This document shows, one piece after another, positions 19,310 to 28,623 of a DNA stretch of 64,000 nt. The notes below the pieces were generated by a model, which saw only the letters and a list, made by a program, of their open reading frames with translations, ran no database searches and was not told where the DNA came from. Position numbers and translations under genes: made by a program. Numbering within the stretch: position 1 is the stretch's first letter; each line of letters begins with the position of its first letter. Origin of the DNA: Candidatus Iainarchaeum sp. (GTDB lineage Archaea > B1Sed10-29 > WALL01); the NCBI GenBank assembly GCA_023129115.1, contig JAGMCR010000013.1, positions 1-64,000 of the forward strand, in the 5' to 3' direction.

Positions 19310-20536
19310 ATGGAGACCATCCAGTACATGGACGGGATTGACTTCAAGGGAAAAATAGTTCTCGTGAGGATTGACCTTAACCTGCCTTACCTGCGCGAGA
19401 CCGACGAGTTCGGCCACTCCAAGCGCCTCGTGGAGCACGCCAAGACCATTCGCGAGCTCAGCGACAAGGGCGCCAAGGTAGTCGTCCTCGCGCACCAGGG
19501 CCGCCCCGGCAAGACCGACTTCCAGCGCCTCGAGAGCCACGCCGACGCCCTCGAGCAATACGTCGGCAAGCCCGTCAGGTACTGCGACGAAATCATCAGC
19601 AAGCAGGCCGTGCGCTCCATAAGCGAGCTCAAGGACTCGGAAATCCTGCTGCTCGAGAACATCCGCTTCCTCGCCGAGGAAGAAAAAGAGAACGGCGCGG
19701 CGAAGCACGCCGAGAGCATTTTGGTGCGTACGCTCGCGCCACTCGCCGACATCTTTGTCAACGACGCCTACTCGGTGGCGCACAGGCCCCACGCGTCCAT
19801 CATTGGGTTCAGCCACATCCTGCCGACCGTGGCCGGCAGGGTAATGGAAGAGGAAATCAAGGCCAACGCCCACGCCATCAGGCAGGCCGAGCCGCCGAGG
19901 CTCTTCATCGTCGGCGGAGCCAAGCCGGACGACTGTATAAAAGCAGTCAGCAACCTCCTTGAGAAAGGCAGGGTGGACCTGGTCCTGACCGGCGGCGTAA
20001 TCGGCAACCTCTTCCTCGCGGCCGCGGGATACAACGTCGGCAAGGAGACCATGCTCAGGATTGAGGAAGAGGGCAGCGCTGACCACTTCAGCACGGTAAA
20101 GCAGCTCTACGCGGACTACGAGGACAAAATCGAGCTGCCGGTTGACCTGGCGTTCGAGAGGGGCGGCAAGCGCGTGGAAATCGACGTAGAGGACCTGCCC
20201 GCGGACGGCATTGTGTACGACATCGGCACCAAGACCGCCGAGCACTACGCCAAGCTAATCAAGGGCGCGAAGACAATCAACATCAAGGGCCCGCCCGGCT
20301 ACTTCGAGAACAAATTGTTCCGCAGGGGAACAGAAATCGTGTTCAAGGCCATCGCGGACTCCAGCGCCTTCTCCCTCATCGGTGGGGGGCACACCCTGGC
20401 CGCAATCCAAATGTTTAGCCTGCCCGAGGACCGGTTCGGCCACATCACGATGGGCGGGGGCGCGCTGCTCGCGCATTTGTGCGGTGCGACCCTGCCCGGA
20501 GTGGAGTGCCTCAAGAACCCAATTCTTGTAAAATAG
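19310..20536 (+). CDS. pgk: Phosphoglycerate kinase
   Basis: RIDLNLP, AHQGRPG, LLENIRF, FVNDA..AHR, GGAK, DIG.KT, GGGH, GGGA. Confidence 0.95.
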   Translation: METIQYMDGIDFKGKIVLVRIDLNLPYLRETDEFGHSKRLVEHAKTIRELSDKGAKVVVLAHQGRPGKTDFQRLESHADALEQYVGKPVRYCDEIISKQAVRSISELKDSEILLLENIRFLAEEEKENGAAKHAESILVRTLAPLADIFVNDAYSVAHRPHASIIGFSHILPTVAGRVMEEEIKANAHAIRQAEPPRLFIVGGAKPDDCIKAVSNLLEKGRVDLVLTGGVIGNLFLAAAGYNVGKETMLRIEEEGSADHFSTVKQLYADYEDKIELPVDLAFERGGKRVEIDVEDLPADGIVYDIGTKTAEHYAKLIKGAKTINIKGPPGYFENKLFRRGTEIVFKAIADSSAFSLIGGGHTLAAIQMFSLPEDRFGHITMGGGALLAHLCGATLPGVECLKNPILVK

Positions 20537-20538
20537 CT

Positions 20539-20799
20539 TTATGGCAGGTAGTTCATGGCCACTGCGCCTGTCTTGGCTATCTCCAGTTCCGCCATTTCGA
20601 ACACGCCGAAGAAAGCCATTGCCACAATCAAGACCACAATCGCGATGGTTGCCCACGTCATGAAGTGGAACGGGTCGTAGAGTATCTTCTGCACGACCCA
20701 CATCACGAAAAGCATTCCCACGGTTATCGCTATGAGAATCAGGAAGTGCGCTATCGTGAACGTGAACGCCAGCCCGCCGAGCTCAAACGTGAACATCAC
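20539..20799 (-). CDS. Small two-TM membrane protein
   Basis: Two hydrophobic helices. Confidence 0.55.
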   Translation of the reverse strand: MMFTFELGGLAFTFTIAHFLILIAITVGMLFVMWVVQKILYDPFHFMTWATIAIVVLIVAMAFFGVFEMAELEIAKTGAVAMNYLP

Positions 20800-20875
20800 T
20801 AACTACTACGGATTACTGTTTTTTAAGCCTTGCGGCGGCTTACATTTAAATACCCTTTCTGAGTAGCCACAGGCA

Positions 20876-22135
20876 ATGATTGGGAAATACGATATAACAA
20901 GCGTCCGCGCCCGGCAAATCTTCGACTCGCGGGGCAACCCAACCATTGAATGCGACGTATCGTGCGGCAAGGGCTTCGGCCGCGCCTCTGTGCCGTCCGG
21001 CGCAAGCACGGGCAAGCACGAGGCCCTGGAGCTCCGGGACAAGGGCAAGGCCTACCACGGCAAGGGCGTCCTGAAGGCAATCGACAACATTCACCAGCTC
21101 GTCGCCCCCAAACTCATCGCCAAGGACGTCCGCGACCAGGACGGCATCGACAAGCTCATGATTAACGTCGACGGCTCGGCCAACAAGCGCAATCTCGGCG
21201 CCAACGCCACGCTCGCCGTCTCAATCGCGTGCTGCAAGGCCGCCGCGTCCGCCAAGGAAGCCGCGGTGTACGAGCACATAGGGCAAATCTATACCCATTA
21301 CGAGCCCACGTACCACACTCCCGTCCCCTTCTTCAACATAATCAACGGCGGCAAGCACTCCAACAACAAGCTCGACGTCCAGGAGTTCATGATTGTGCCC
21401 AAGGCCAAGACCTTTGGCGAGGCCATGCGCATCGGCTCCGAGACCTACTACGAGCTAAAAAAACTCCTCGAGAAAAAGTTCGGCGTCGTCGGCGTCGGCG
21501 ACGAGGGCGGCTTCTCCCCGCCCCTCAAGAAAACCAGTGAAGCCATCGACTTCATCATGAAGGCCGCCAAGTCCGCGGGCCACTCCAAAAACGTTTCCAT
21601 CGCCCTGGACGTCGCCGCCTCGGAGTTCTACAAGTCCAAGAGGTACCGCATTGACGGCAAGCAGCTCCCCCCCACGAAGCTCATGGACTACTACGAAAAG
21701 CTCGTCGAAAGTTACCCAATCGTTTCAATCGAGGACCCGTTCCACGAGGACGACTTCAAGTCCTTCGCCGGCCTCACCGAGCGAATCGGGCAAGAAGTCC
21801 AAATCGTGGGCGACGACTTGTTCGTCACGAGCACGCAGCGCCTGAAGGAAGGCATCCGCATGTGCGCTGGCAACGCCATGATTCTCAAGGTCAACCAAAT
21901 CGGCACTTTGACCGAGGCATTCGAGGCCGCGGGCCTCGCGTTCCACTCCAGCTACCAAGTCATGGTCTCGCACCGCTCGGCGGACACCACGGACAGCTTC
22001 ATCGCCGACCTCGCGGTGGGCATCGAGGCCAAGCAAATCAAGTCCGGCGCCCCGTGCCGCGGGGAGCGCCTCGCGAAGTACAACCAGCTCCTCCGCATTG
22101 AGGAGCAGGGCGTGCCGTACGCCGAGTGGTTTTGA
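20876..22135 (+). CDS. eno: Enolase
   Basis: DSRGNPT, PSGASTG.HEA.ELRD, GDEGGF, IEDPF, VGDDL, KVNQIGT, ER.AKYNQLLRIEE. Confidence 0.97.
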   Translation: MIGKYDITSVRARQIFDSRGNPTIECDVSCGKGFGRASVPSGASTGKHEALELRDKGKAYHGKGVLKAIDNIHQLVAPKLIAKDVRDQDGIDKLMINVDGSANKRNLGANATLAVSIACCKAAASAKEAAVYEHIGQIYTHYEPTYHTPVPFFNIINGGKHSNNKLDVQEFMIVPKAKTFGEAMRIGSETYYELKKLLEKKFGVVGVGDEGGFSPPLKKTSEAIDFIMKAAKSAGHSKNVSIALDVAASEFYKSKRYRIDGKQLPPTKLMDYYEKLVESYPIVSIEDPFHEDDFKSFAGLTERIGQEVQIVGDDLFVTSTQRLKEGIRMCAGNAMILKVNQIGTLTEAFEAAGLAFHSSYQVMVSHRSADTTDSFIADLAVGIEAKQIKSGAPCRGERLAKYNQLLRIEEQGVPYAEWF

Positions 22136-22335
22136 GAAGCGAGTTTCTTGAGTAGTGACTCATTTTAGTAACGCGCTATTTCCCCCGCAGGGCTGTTTTC
22201 CTCTTCCCGGGCCCTGCGTTAAAATCACTGAGAACTAGTAGCATACTTCTTCAAGTACCACTCAGGTTTCCTAGGCCCAGCCGGGGGTAGTGCCCCTTGC
22301 CATAAACCGTCTTCTTCGGGGCTCTATCTACTCAC

Positions 22336-23304
22336 TCATTTCAGCCAATATCTTCTCAAGGCGCTTCCTAATTTTTGGATCAAGTTCCGCGGCTTTTCTG
22401 AACTCTTCTGTTGTTTCTTCATATAGCCTAGGTTGTGGTGTGCGAGTGCTCTGCCATAGTCTATTAATGTGTTGTTTGGGTCTATTTCCAGTGCTTTTTC
22501 GTAGTGGTGTAATGCTTTTTCGTAGTGGTGTAATGCTTTTTTGTGGCGGTGAAATGCTTCTTCATATTGTCCTAGGTAGTAGTGTACGAATGCTTTGTTG
22601 GTGTGTGCTTCTGCGTTGTTTGGGTTTATTTTCAGAGCTGATTCGTGTGCTCGAAGTGCCGGTTCATAAGCCCTTTTTTCACGTAGATTGACACCATGAC
22701 TAGTCCACATTAGCGAAGCAAATTCTGTTTCAGATTGTTCTTCTCCTTTGTGTTTAGTTTTGGTTAAGCCTAGGGCTGGATCGAGTTGTATGCCTTCAGC
22801 AGTAATATAACAATGCCCCACATCTGATGCTTCCACACGCTCTTTTTTTTGTTTTGTTAGTTGTATTAAATCCTTGTTTTCACCCTTGACTCTGAAGTAT
22901 TTTGTTTTGACCCCGCTTTTTTTCAGCATTTGTGCGAGTACTGCAGGTAATGCCACGCAATCTGCTACTTCTCCTAGTCGAAAACGAGGGATAGTTTTGA
23001 CTGTGGGTTCATCAAGCTTACTTCCAAATTTGCTTAATTTTTCAAAAAAAGCATCAAATCTCAACTCTTCATTTCGTTCGTGCACCCATTCACTCAGTTT
23101 AATGGCAAGTTTTTTCTTTGATAATTTCTTGTTTCGTTTTATCCAGTCACCGGGTTGTTCCAACTTTTTTGGTGGCCGTGTTTTGAACAAATCAGGCGTG
23201 GCTTTAATGAATTCGTTCAATAACTTGTTAACAGAAGCAGGGGCAAAGGTTCGCTTAACCAGTTCTTTTTTGGTTAATCCTTTTGGTGGCTTTTTCTTGG
23301 GCAT
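22336..23304 (-). CDS. Transglutaminase-like (Cys-His-Asp) + TPR protein
   Basis: DCVAL..GHCY..LDPA putative triad; ALKINPNNAEAHTNKA TPRs; AT-rich. Confidence 0.7.
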   Translation of the reverse strand: MPKKKPPKGLTKKELVKRTFAPASVNKLLNEFIKATPDLFKTRPPKKLEQPGDWIKRNKKLSKKKLAIKLSEWVHERNEELRFDAFFEKLSKFGSKLDEPTVKTIPRFRLGEVADCVALPAVLAQMLKKSGVKTKYFRVKGENKDLIQLTKQKKERVEASDVGHCYITAEGIQLDPALGLTKTKHKGEEQSETEFASLMWTSHGVNLREKRAYEPALRAHESALKINPNNAEAHTNKAFVHYYLGQYEEAFHRHKKALHHYEKALHHYEKALEIDPNNTLIDYGRALAHHNLGYMKKQQKSSEKPRNLIQKLGSALRRYWLK

Positions 23305-23369
23305 CTAAAATAATTATTGTTTTTGAGACTTTTTAAACACACAGTTTGTTACGGGGTTTTTTGGCCAGA

Positions 23370-23456
23370 GCCCCCTGCCGCGGCGAGCGCCTCGCCAAGT
23401 ACAACCAGCTCCTCCGCATCGAGGAGCAGGGCGTGCCGTACGCCGAGTGGTTTTAG
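23370..23456 (+). repeat. 87-bp duplicate of the enolase 3' end (22049-22135)
   Basis: Encodes the same APCRGERLAKYNQLLRIEEQGVPYAEWF*; 5 silent differences. Confidence 0.92.
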
Positions 23457-23591
23457 GACCGCTGAAAACCAAGGCGCCACGGCTTAGGCGGGGGCCCTGC
23501 GTAATACTCGTTTTGTGGTGGGTACCCACCACCCTTTTTATATTAGTATATACTTAATGTATATACAACACGTATCAACACTGGTGAACCA

Positions 23592-23858
23592 ATGATTAAG
23601 TACCACGGCAAATGGTTGGTAATAAAGCGGCATCCAGCAAATGAAATGAACAAGCTGGGGCTTGACCCAGAAGACATTGTTAAGTTCCTTGAGAAAGGAA
23701 GGCAATTCGAACACAGAGAAAAAGGCAAGGTGGAGAAGTGGTGTCCACGGGGCGATAAGATATACAATGTCGTGATAGCCGAGTATCAAGATACTCTGGT
23801 ACTAATTCACGTCGGAAGGTTCAAGAAAACAAAAAAACACATGGCAAGATTGAGGTGA
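23592..23858 (+). CDS. Putative RNase-type toxin (DUF4258/BrnT-like) of a TA pair
   Basis: Small basic protein (H..E..LG...DIV..LE.G..YNVVI..LIHV) upstream of a Zn-ribbon/AbrB gene. Confidence 0.55.
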   Translation: MIKYHGKWLVIKRHPANEMNKLGLDPEDIVKFLEKGRQFEHREKGKVEKWCPRGDKIYNVVIAEYQDTLVLIHVGRFKKTKKHMARLR

Positions 23859-23862
23859 ATTC

Positions 23863-24186
23863 ATGAAAAAGAAAGCGGTCTCGCACTCATGCACGGAGTG
23901 TGGAGGCAAAATGGCGTATGTAGAAGACATAAAATTTAGGGGCTATCTACTTGAAGGCCTCCGTTGTAAAAAGTGTGGTGAAGAAGAGATGGATCTAGAG
24001 CAAGTAGGTGGGATAGTCAGACTGGAACGTATGAAAAAGAAAGAAACACTAATGGCAAAAGCCTACAAATCAGGAAACAGCATGTCTCTTAGAATCCCCA
24101 TGGCTCTAGCAAAGGCATTTGGAATAGAGCCAGGTGAAGAGCTCCCCATAACTACCAAGGGCCACACCATAGAAATATTGGCTTAG
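23863..24186 (+). CDS. Zn-ribbon + AbrB/MazE-like putative antitoxin
   Basis: CTECGG..CKKCGEE; KSGNSMSLRIP..LA..FGIEPGEEL AbrB motif. Confidence 0.75.
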   Translation: MKKKAVSHSCTECGGKMAYVEDIKFRGYLLEGLRCKKCGEEEMDLEQVGGIVRLERMKKKETLMAKAYKSGNSMSLRIPMALAKAFGIEPGEELPITTKGHTIEILA

Positions 24187-24288
24187 AGGTGTAGTGCCTA
24201 TGGCTTTGTTCGTAGGCACTACAGGGTTATTTAGAGACTGCGCCGCGTTCTCCTCTCCCACGGCCCGCGTCAATTTACTGCCCTTAGT

Positions 24289-24333
24289 TTTATCACTACA
24301 AAATAGGTAGATATATAAATATGTAGTGATAAA
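24289..24333. promoter_or_regulatory. Inverted repeat flanking the TATA box of the Fic gene
   Basis: TTTATCACTACA ... TATATAAA ... TGTAGTGATAAA. Confidence 0.6.
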
Positions 24334-24341
24334 ACCTGTTT

Positions 24342-25298
24342 GTGACATACGTAGTAAAGAAAAAGATACACGGGAAGTATTACCACTACGTTGGGCGCTC
24401 TTTCCGGGTGGGCAACAGAGTCATTTCTGTCCAACGGATAATCCCGACACCGAGGGAACCCAAAGAAAAGATAGTGGCCCGGTATGAGGCAGAGCTGGAA
24501 GAAATGGAAAAGAAGTTTTGGAGGCATCGGGCCATGAAGAAATTTAAGGCCAATCACATTTTCACTGGAGAAGAACTGGTCAAGATAGAGGACATGAAAG
24601 TAGAGTACGCGCGGCTGCTGCGGGAGATGGCCAAAGAAGACAGGAAACAATTGTTTGACCGCTTCACTGCCAACTTCACGTATGAGTCAGATGCCATTGA
24701 GGGGAGCACCCTCACCCTGAAGGACGTTGAGATAGTGATGTTCGAGAACAGGGTCCCGAAAGGCGCGGACTTGAGGGAGGTATACGAGACCCGGAACTCG
24801 CGCAGAGTCATGGAACTGATACTCAACAAGAAGTTCAACGTGAGCGAAAAGAGCATCAAGAAGATGCATAAGATGCTGATGAAGGACATAGACGCGCGAG
24901 GCGGATACAAGCGGTTCCCGAACGCCATACCTGGAGCCAGATTCAAGACCACTCCCCCGGAAAGAGTGGCTGGAGAAATGAAGGGGCTCATGGAATGGCA
25001 CGCGAAAAACAAGGAAAAAATGAGCCCGGTGATGCTTGCCACACACTTGCACGGAAAGTTCGAAAAAATCCATCCCTTCGCGGACGGCAACGGGCGGGTC
25101 GGCCGGTGGCTCACCACAGTCATCCTAGTCAACGAGGACTACCCACCACTCATCATCAGGAAAACACAGAAGGGCTCTTACCGGGCAGCGCTAAGCGCTT
25201 TTGACTATAAACACGCGGACAAGCTAGAGAGGTTCTTTCTGGACAAGTACAAGAAGACGTACAGGTCGTTCTTCAAAGAGTACCACAAGTATTTATAA
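24342..25298 (+). CDS. Fic-domain protein (class II) with N-terminal basic beta domain
   Basis: HPFADGNGRVGR, SDAIEG; GTG start. Confidence 0.9.
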   Translation: MTYVVKKKIHGKYYHYVGRSFRVGNRVISVQRIIPTPREPKEKIVARYEAELEEMEKKFWRHRAMKKFKANHIFTGEELVKIEDMKVEYARLLREMAKEDRKQLFDRFTANFTYESDAIEGSTLTLKDVEIVMFENRVPKGADLREVYETRNSRRVMELILNKKFNVSEKSIKKMHKMLMKDIDARGGYKRFPNAIPGARFKTTPPERVAGEMKGLMEWHAKNKEKMSPVMLATHLHGKFEKIHPFADGNGRVGRWLTTVILVNEDYPPLIIRKTQKGSYRAALSAFDYKHADKLERFFLDKYKKTYRSFFKEYHKYL

Positions 25299-25476
25299 CT
25301 ACGAAATACTAAGAATAACTATATTGTAGTGATAAACTATTGGTGGGCTGTTTGATAAAGATTTGCCTTTCCGCGGGCACTTCCATTGCAAAAACCACTA
25401 TGAAAAGGCCCCCCACACCTATTTTGCTAAAACCATTAAATATACAGTGTTCTTCTTGTTTGCTGAGGTAATCCCA

Positions 25477-26865
25477 GTGACTTTTGGCTTGATTGTTCTT
25501 GATGGTTGGGGCCATTCCAAGAAGAAAGAGAAAAACGCGGTGCTTGCTGCAAAGACACCTAATTTTGACAGGCTGTGGGATGGATACCCCCACACGCTTT
25601 TGAAGGCGCACGGTGAGGCAGTTGGCCTGCCAAAAGGGTTCCAGGGCGGCTCGGAGGTCGGGCACCTGCATCTCGGCGCCGGGAGGCTAATCCCGCAGAA
25701 AATGGTCGAAATCGATGGCTATATAACAGATGGGAGCTTTTTCAGGAACCGCCATCTGGTAAGTGCATGCAAGCGGAAAAGGGTGCACTTCATTGGGCTG
25801 CTTTCCGACCAGGGCGTGCATTCCCACATACGGCACCTGAAAGCATTGCTGAAGATGAGGCCGGACGCGTTTGTCCACGCGTTTCTTGACGGCAGGGACA
25901 CTCCACCAAAAAGCGCTCTGAAATACGTCCGCCAGTTTAGGAATATCGCAACCGTTTCGGGAAGGTATTATGCAATGGACCGGGACGGGCGGTGGAAGAG
26001 GATACAAAAAGCATTTGATTGCATGACAAAAGGGAAGGGCAGGGAAGCAAAAACCGCAGAGCAGGCAGTGCTGGACGCATACAAACGGGGTGAGACCGAT
26101 GAGTTTGTGTCCCCTACTTTGGTGAACCCGGATGGGGTCATCCGGGAGGGGGACGCGGTCGTTTTTTTCAATTTCCGTGCTGACAGGGCAAGGCAACTCA
26201 CAAAAAAGTTCCTTGAGGAGACAAAGACCTACTTCGTGTCGATGTCTGAGTATGATAAGGCTCTGGAGGAGCGGATTGCATTCAAGCCCCATTATGTCGA
26301 GGACTCGCTGGGAGAAGTGCTTAGCATGGCCGGCAAGACCCAGCTGAGAATAGCGGAGACTGAGAAGTATGCACACGTCACGTTTTTTTTCTCTGGAGAA
26401 AGGGAAAAACCTTTCAAAGGCGAGGACAGGGTTCTTGTCCGCTCTCCCAGGGTTGCGACCTATGACCTGAAACCCGAAATGAGCGCCTATGAAGTCACGG
26501 ACAAACTTGTAAAAGCGGCAAAGAAGTACGACTTTGTGATAATCAATTATGCGAATGGCGACATGGTTGGGCATACCGGGATTTTCAGGGCGGCAGTCAA
26601 AGCAGTAGAATCAGTTGATAAGTGCGTTGGGAAAATCATACCCCTGTTTGATGAGTGCATCATACTTGCAGACCACGGAAACTGCGAGGCCATGACGGGC
26701 AAAACAAAAACATCACACACCCTTAACCCAGTTCCCTGCATACTGGTCACCGAAAGAAAAATTAAGCTCAAGAAGGGCTCACTTTACAACATAGCCCCCA
26801 CAATTCTTGAGCTGATGGGCATCAAAAAGCCGGGGAAAATGGCGGATAGCCTCGTTGTGCACTAA
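25477..26865 (+). CDS. gpmI: BPG-independent phosphoglycerate mutase, bacterial type
   Basis: LIVLDGWG, GGSEVGH, GVHSH, LDGRD, GRYYAMDRD, ETEKYAHVTFFF, DMVGHTG, ADHGN; GTG start after GAGGT. Confidence 0.93.
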   Translation: MTFGLIVLDGWGHSKKKEKNAVLAAKTPNFDRLWDGYPHTLLKAHGEAVGLPKGFQGGSEVGHLHLGAGRLIPQKMVEIDGYITDGSFFRNRHLVSACKRKRVHFIGLLSDQGVHSHIRHLKALLKMRPDAFVHAFLDGRDTPPKSALKYVRQFRNIATVSGRYYAMDRDGRWKRIQKAFDCMTKGKGREAKTAEQAVLDAYKRGETDEFVSPTLVNPDGVIREGDAVVFFNFRADRARQLTKKFLEETKTYFVSMSEYDKALEERIAFKPHYVEDSLGEVLSMAGKTQLRIAETEKYAHVTFFFSGEREKPFKGEDRVLVRSPRVATYDLKPEMSAYEVTDKLVKAAKKYDFVIINYANGDMVGHTGIFRAAVKAVESVDKCVGKIIPLFDECIILADHGNCEAMTGKTKTSHTLNPVPCILVTERKIKLKKGSLYNIAPTILELMGIKKPGKMADSLVVH

Positions 26866-26897
26866 GCTTAAATACTTGGTTTTTGTTAGTTCGCTTA

Positions 26898-28121
26898 ATG
26901 AAATGTCTTTTTATAGTGGCGTCTGGCGCGGGCGACCGCCCCATCAAGCGGCTGGGCAACAAGACGCCCTACCAATTGGCGCACACCCCCAACCTTGACC
27001 ACTTGTCGGAAATCGGTGAGGACGGGCTCATGGACCCGATTGCGCCAGGCATCTGGCCGGGCAGCGACACCAGCCACCTGCAATTATTTGGCTACGACCC
27101 ACACGAGTACTACTTCGGCCGGGGCCCAATCGAGGCACTTGGCGCGGGAATGGAACTGCAGGAGGGCGACATTGCGTTCCGCTGCAACTTCGCCACTGTC
27201 AAGGACGGCGTTATCGTGGACCGCCGCGCGGGGCGAATCAAGGAAGGAACTGCCGAGCTCGCGCGGGCGCTGAACGAAATCGCCATCACAACTGTTCCCG
27301 GCGTCCAACTCATCTTCAAGGAGTCGACCGAGCACCGCGCCGTCTTGGTCCTCCGCGGCACGAGCCTGTCCCCCCAAATAATCGACAACGACCCGCACGA
27401 CGACGGCCTCCCCCCCACGAAAATCACTGCGCTGGAGCACACGGACGCAGCCATCCGCACGGCCAAGGCCTTGAGCGAGTTCATCGACAAGGCCCACAAA
27501 ATCCTGCGCAGCCATCCCCTCAACCGCGAGCGCGAGCTGCCGGCGAACTACATTCTTTGCCGCGGCGCGGGCGTCCTGAAGCGCCCGCCCACGTTCGAAG
27601 AAAAGTACGGGTTCAAGGGCGCCGTAGTCGCCGCGTCGGGAATGATTATTGGCGTCGGGCGCCTCCTCGGCATGGACGTCATAATCCCGCCGGGCGCCAC
27701 GGGCGGCTACGACACCGACTTGACCGCGAAGGCAGACGCCGCGCTCGAGGCGCTCAAAACCCACGACTACGTCTTCCTCCACATCAAGTGCACTGACCTC
27801 GCGGGCCACGACGGCGACCCCGAGAAAAAAATCGAGCTCATCGAAAAAGTTGATGAAATGGTCGGCTACATAACCCGTAACATTGACCTCGAGAACACGA
27901 TTATTGCTTTCACGAGCGACCACTCGACGCCGTGCTCGGTCCGCAACCACTCGGCCGACCCCGTGCCCCTCGTAATCGCCGGGGGGGACGTGCGCTTCGA
28001 CTACGTGAAGCACTTCGACGAGCTGAGCGCGACGCAGGGCGCGCTCTTCAAGATTTCCGGCAAGGACTTGTTCCCCATCCTCCTGGACTTCATGGGGCGG
28101 GCAAAGAAATACGGTGCCTAG
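26898..28121 (+). CDS. apgM: Archaeal-type phosphoglycerate mutase (ApgM family)
   Basis: GDRP..LG.KTP, PGSDT, GRGPIEALG, AFRCNF, DRRAGRI, D.AGHDGD, SDHSTP, HSADPVP. Confidence 0.88.
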   Translation: MKCLFIVASGAGDRPIKRLGNKTPYQLAHTPNLDHLSEIGEDGLMDPIAPGIWPGSDTSHLQLFGYDPHEYYFGRGPIEALGAGMELQEGDIAFRCNFATVKDGVIVDRRAGRIKEGTAELARALNEIAITTVPGVQLIFKESTEHRAVLVLRGTSLSPQIIDNDPHDDGLPPTKITALEHTDAAIRTAKALSEFIDKAHKILRSHPLNRERELPANYILCRGAGVLKRPPTFEEKYGFKGAVVAASGMIIGVGRLLGMDVIIPPGATGGYDTDLTAKADAALEALKTHDYVFLHIKCTDLAGHDGDPEKKIELIEKVDEMVGYITRNIDLENTIIAFTSDHSTPCSVRNHSADPVPLVIAGGDVRFDYVKHFDELSATQGALFKISGKDLFPILLDFMGRAKKYGA

Positions 28122-28122
28122 A

Positions 28123-28623
28123 ATGACAAACTACAAGGGCCACTTCATTGGCGGGATGCTGGTCTGGCTGCTCTCGCTCGGGCTGTTCTGGCACCAGTAC
28201 TCGTCCCTCCCGCTGCAGCAGCTCCTCCCGTTTGCGCTGACGACTTTCTTCATCTGCTTCCTTGGCTCGCTGCTGCCGGACACTGACACCCCCAAGTCAA
28301 AAATCGGCGGCCTCCTGCAGCTCACAGTGATTGTGACAGCGCTTTTGTTCGGCTTCACGCGGTTCTTCCGCGACTTCAGCAACCCTGTCGCCAGCGCAAT
28401 CAACACGGCAATCGTGGGGATAGCGGTCTTCATGGTTTTCGTGCTGGCCCGCCCGCGACACCGCGGCGCGACGCACACGCTCCGCGCCAATCTGATTTAC
28501 GGCCTCGTCGTGTTCTTATTTTTCTTTTTGTCGGCGGGCCTTTACGACGCGGCGTTTTTTGGCGTGCTTGCGTTCCTTAGCTATTTTTCGCATCTCGTGC
28601 TTGACCGCCAGGTCACGTTCTGA
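28123..28623 (+). CDS. Membrane-bound metal-dependent hydrolase (YdjM-like)
   Basis: GH, GSLLPDTD, HRGATH, SHLVLD. Confidence 0.85.
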   Translation: MTNYKGHFIGGMLVWLLSLGLFWHQYSSLPLQQLLPFALTTFFICFLGSLLPDTDTPKSKIGGLLQLTVIVTALLFGFTRFFRDFSNPVASAINTAIVGIAVFMVFVLARPRHRGATHTLRANLIYGLVVFLFFFLSAGLYDAAFFGVLAFLSYFSHLVLDRQVTF

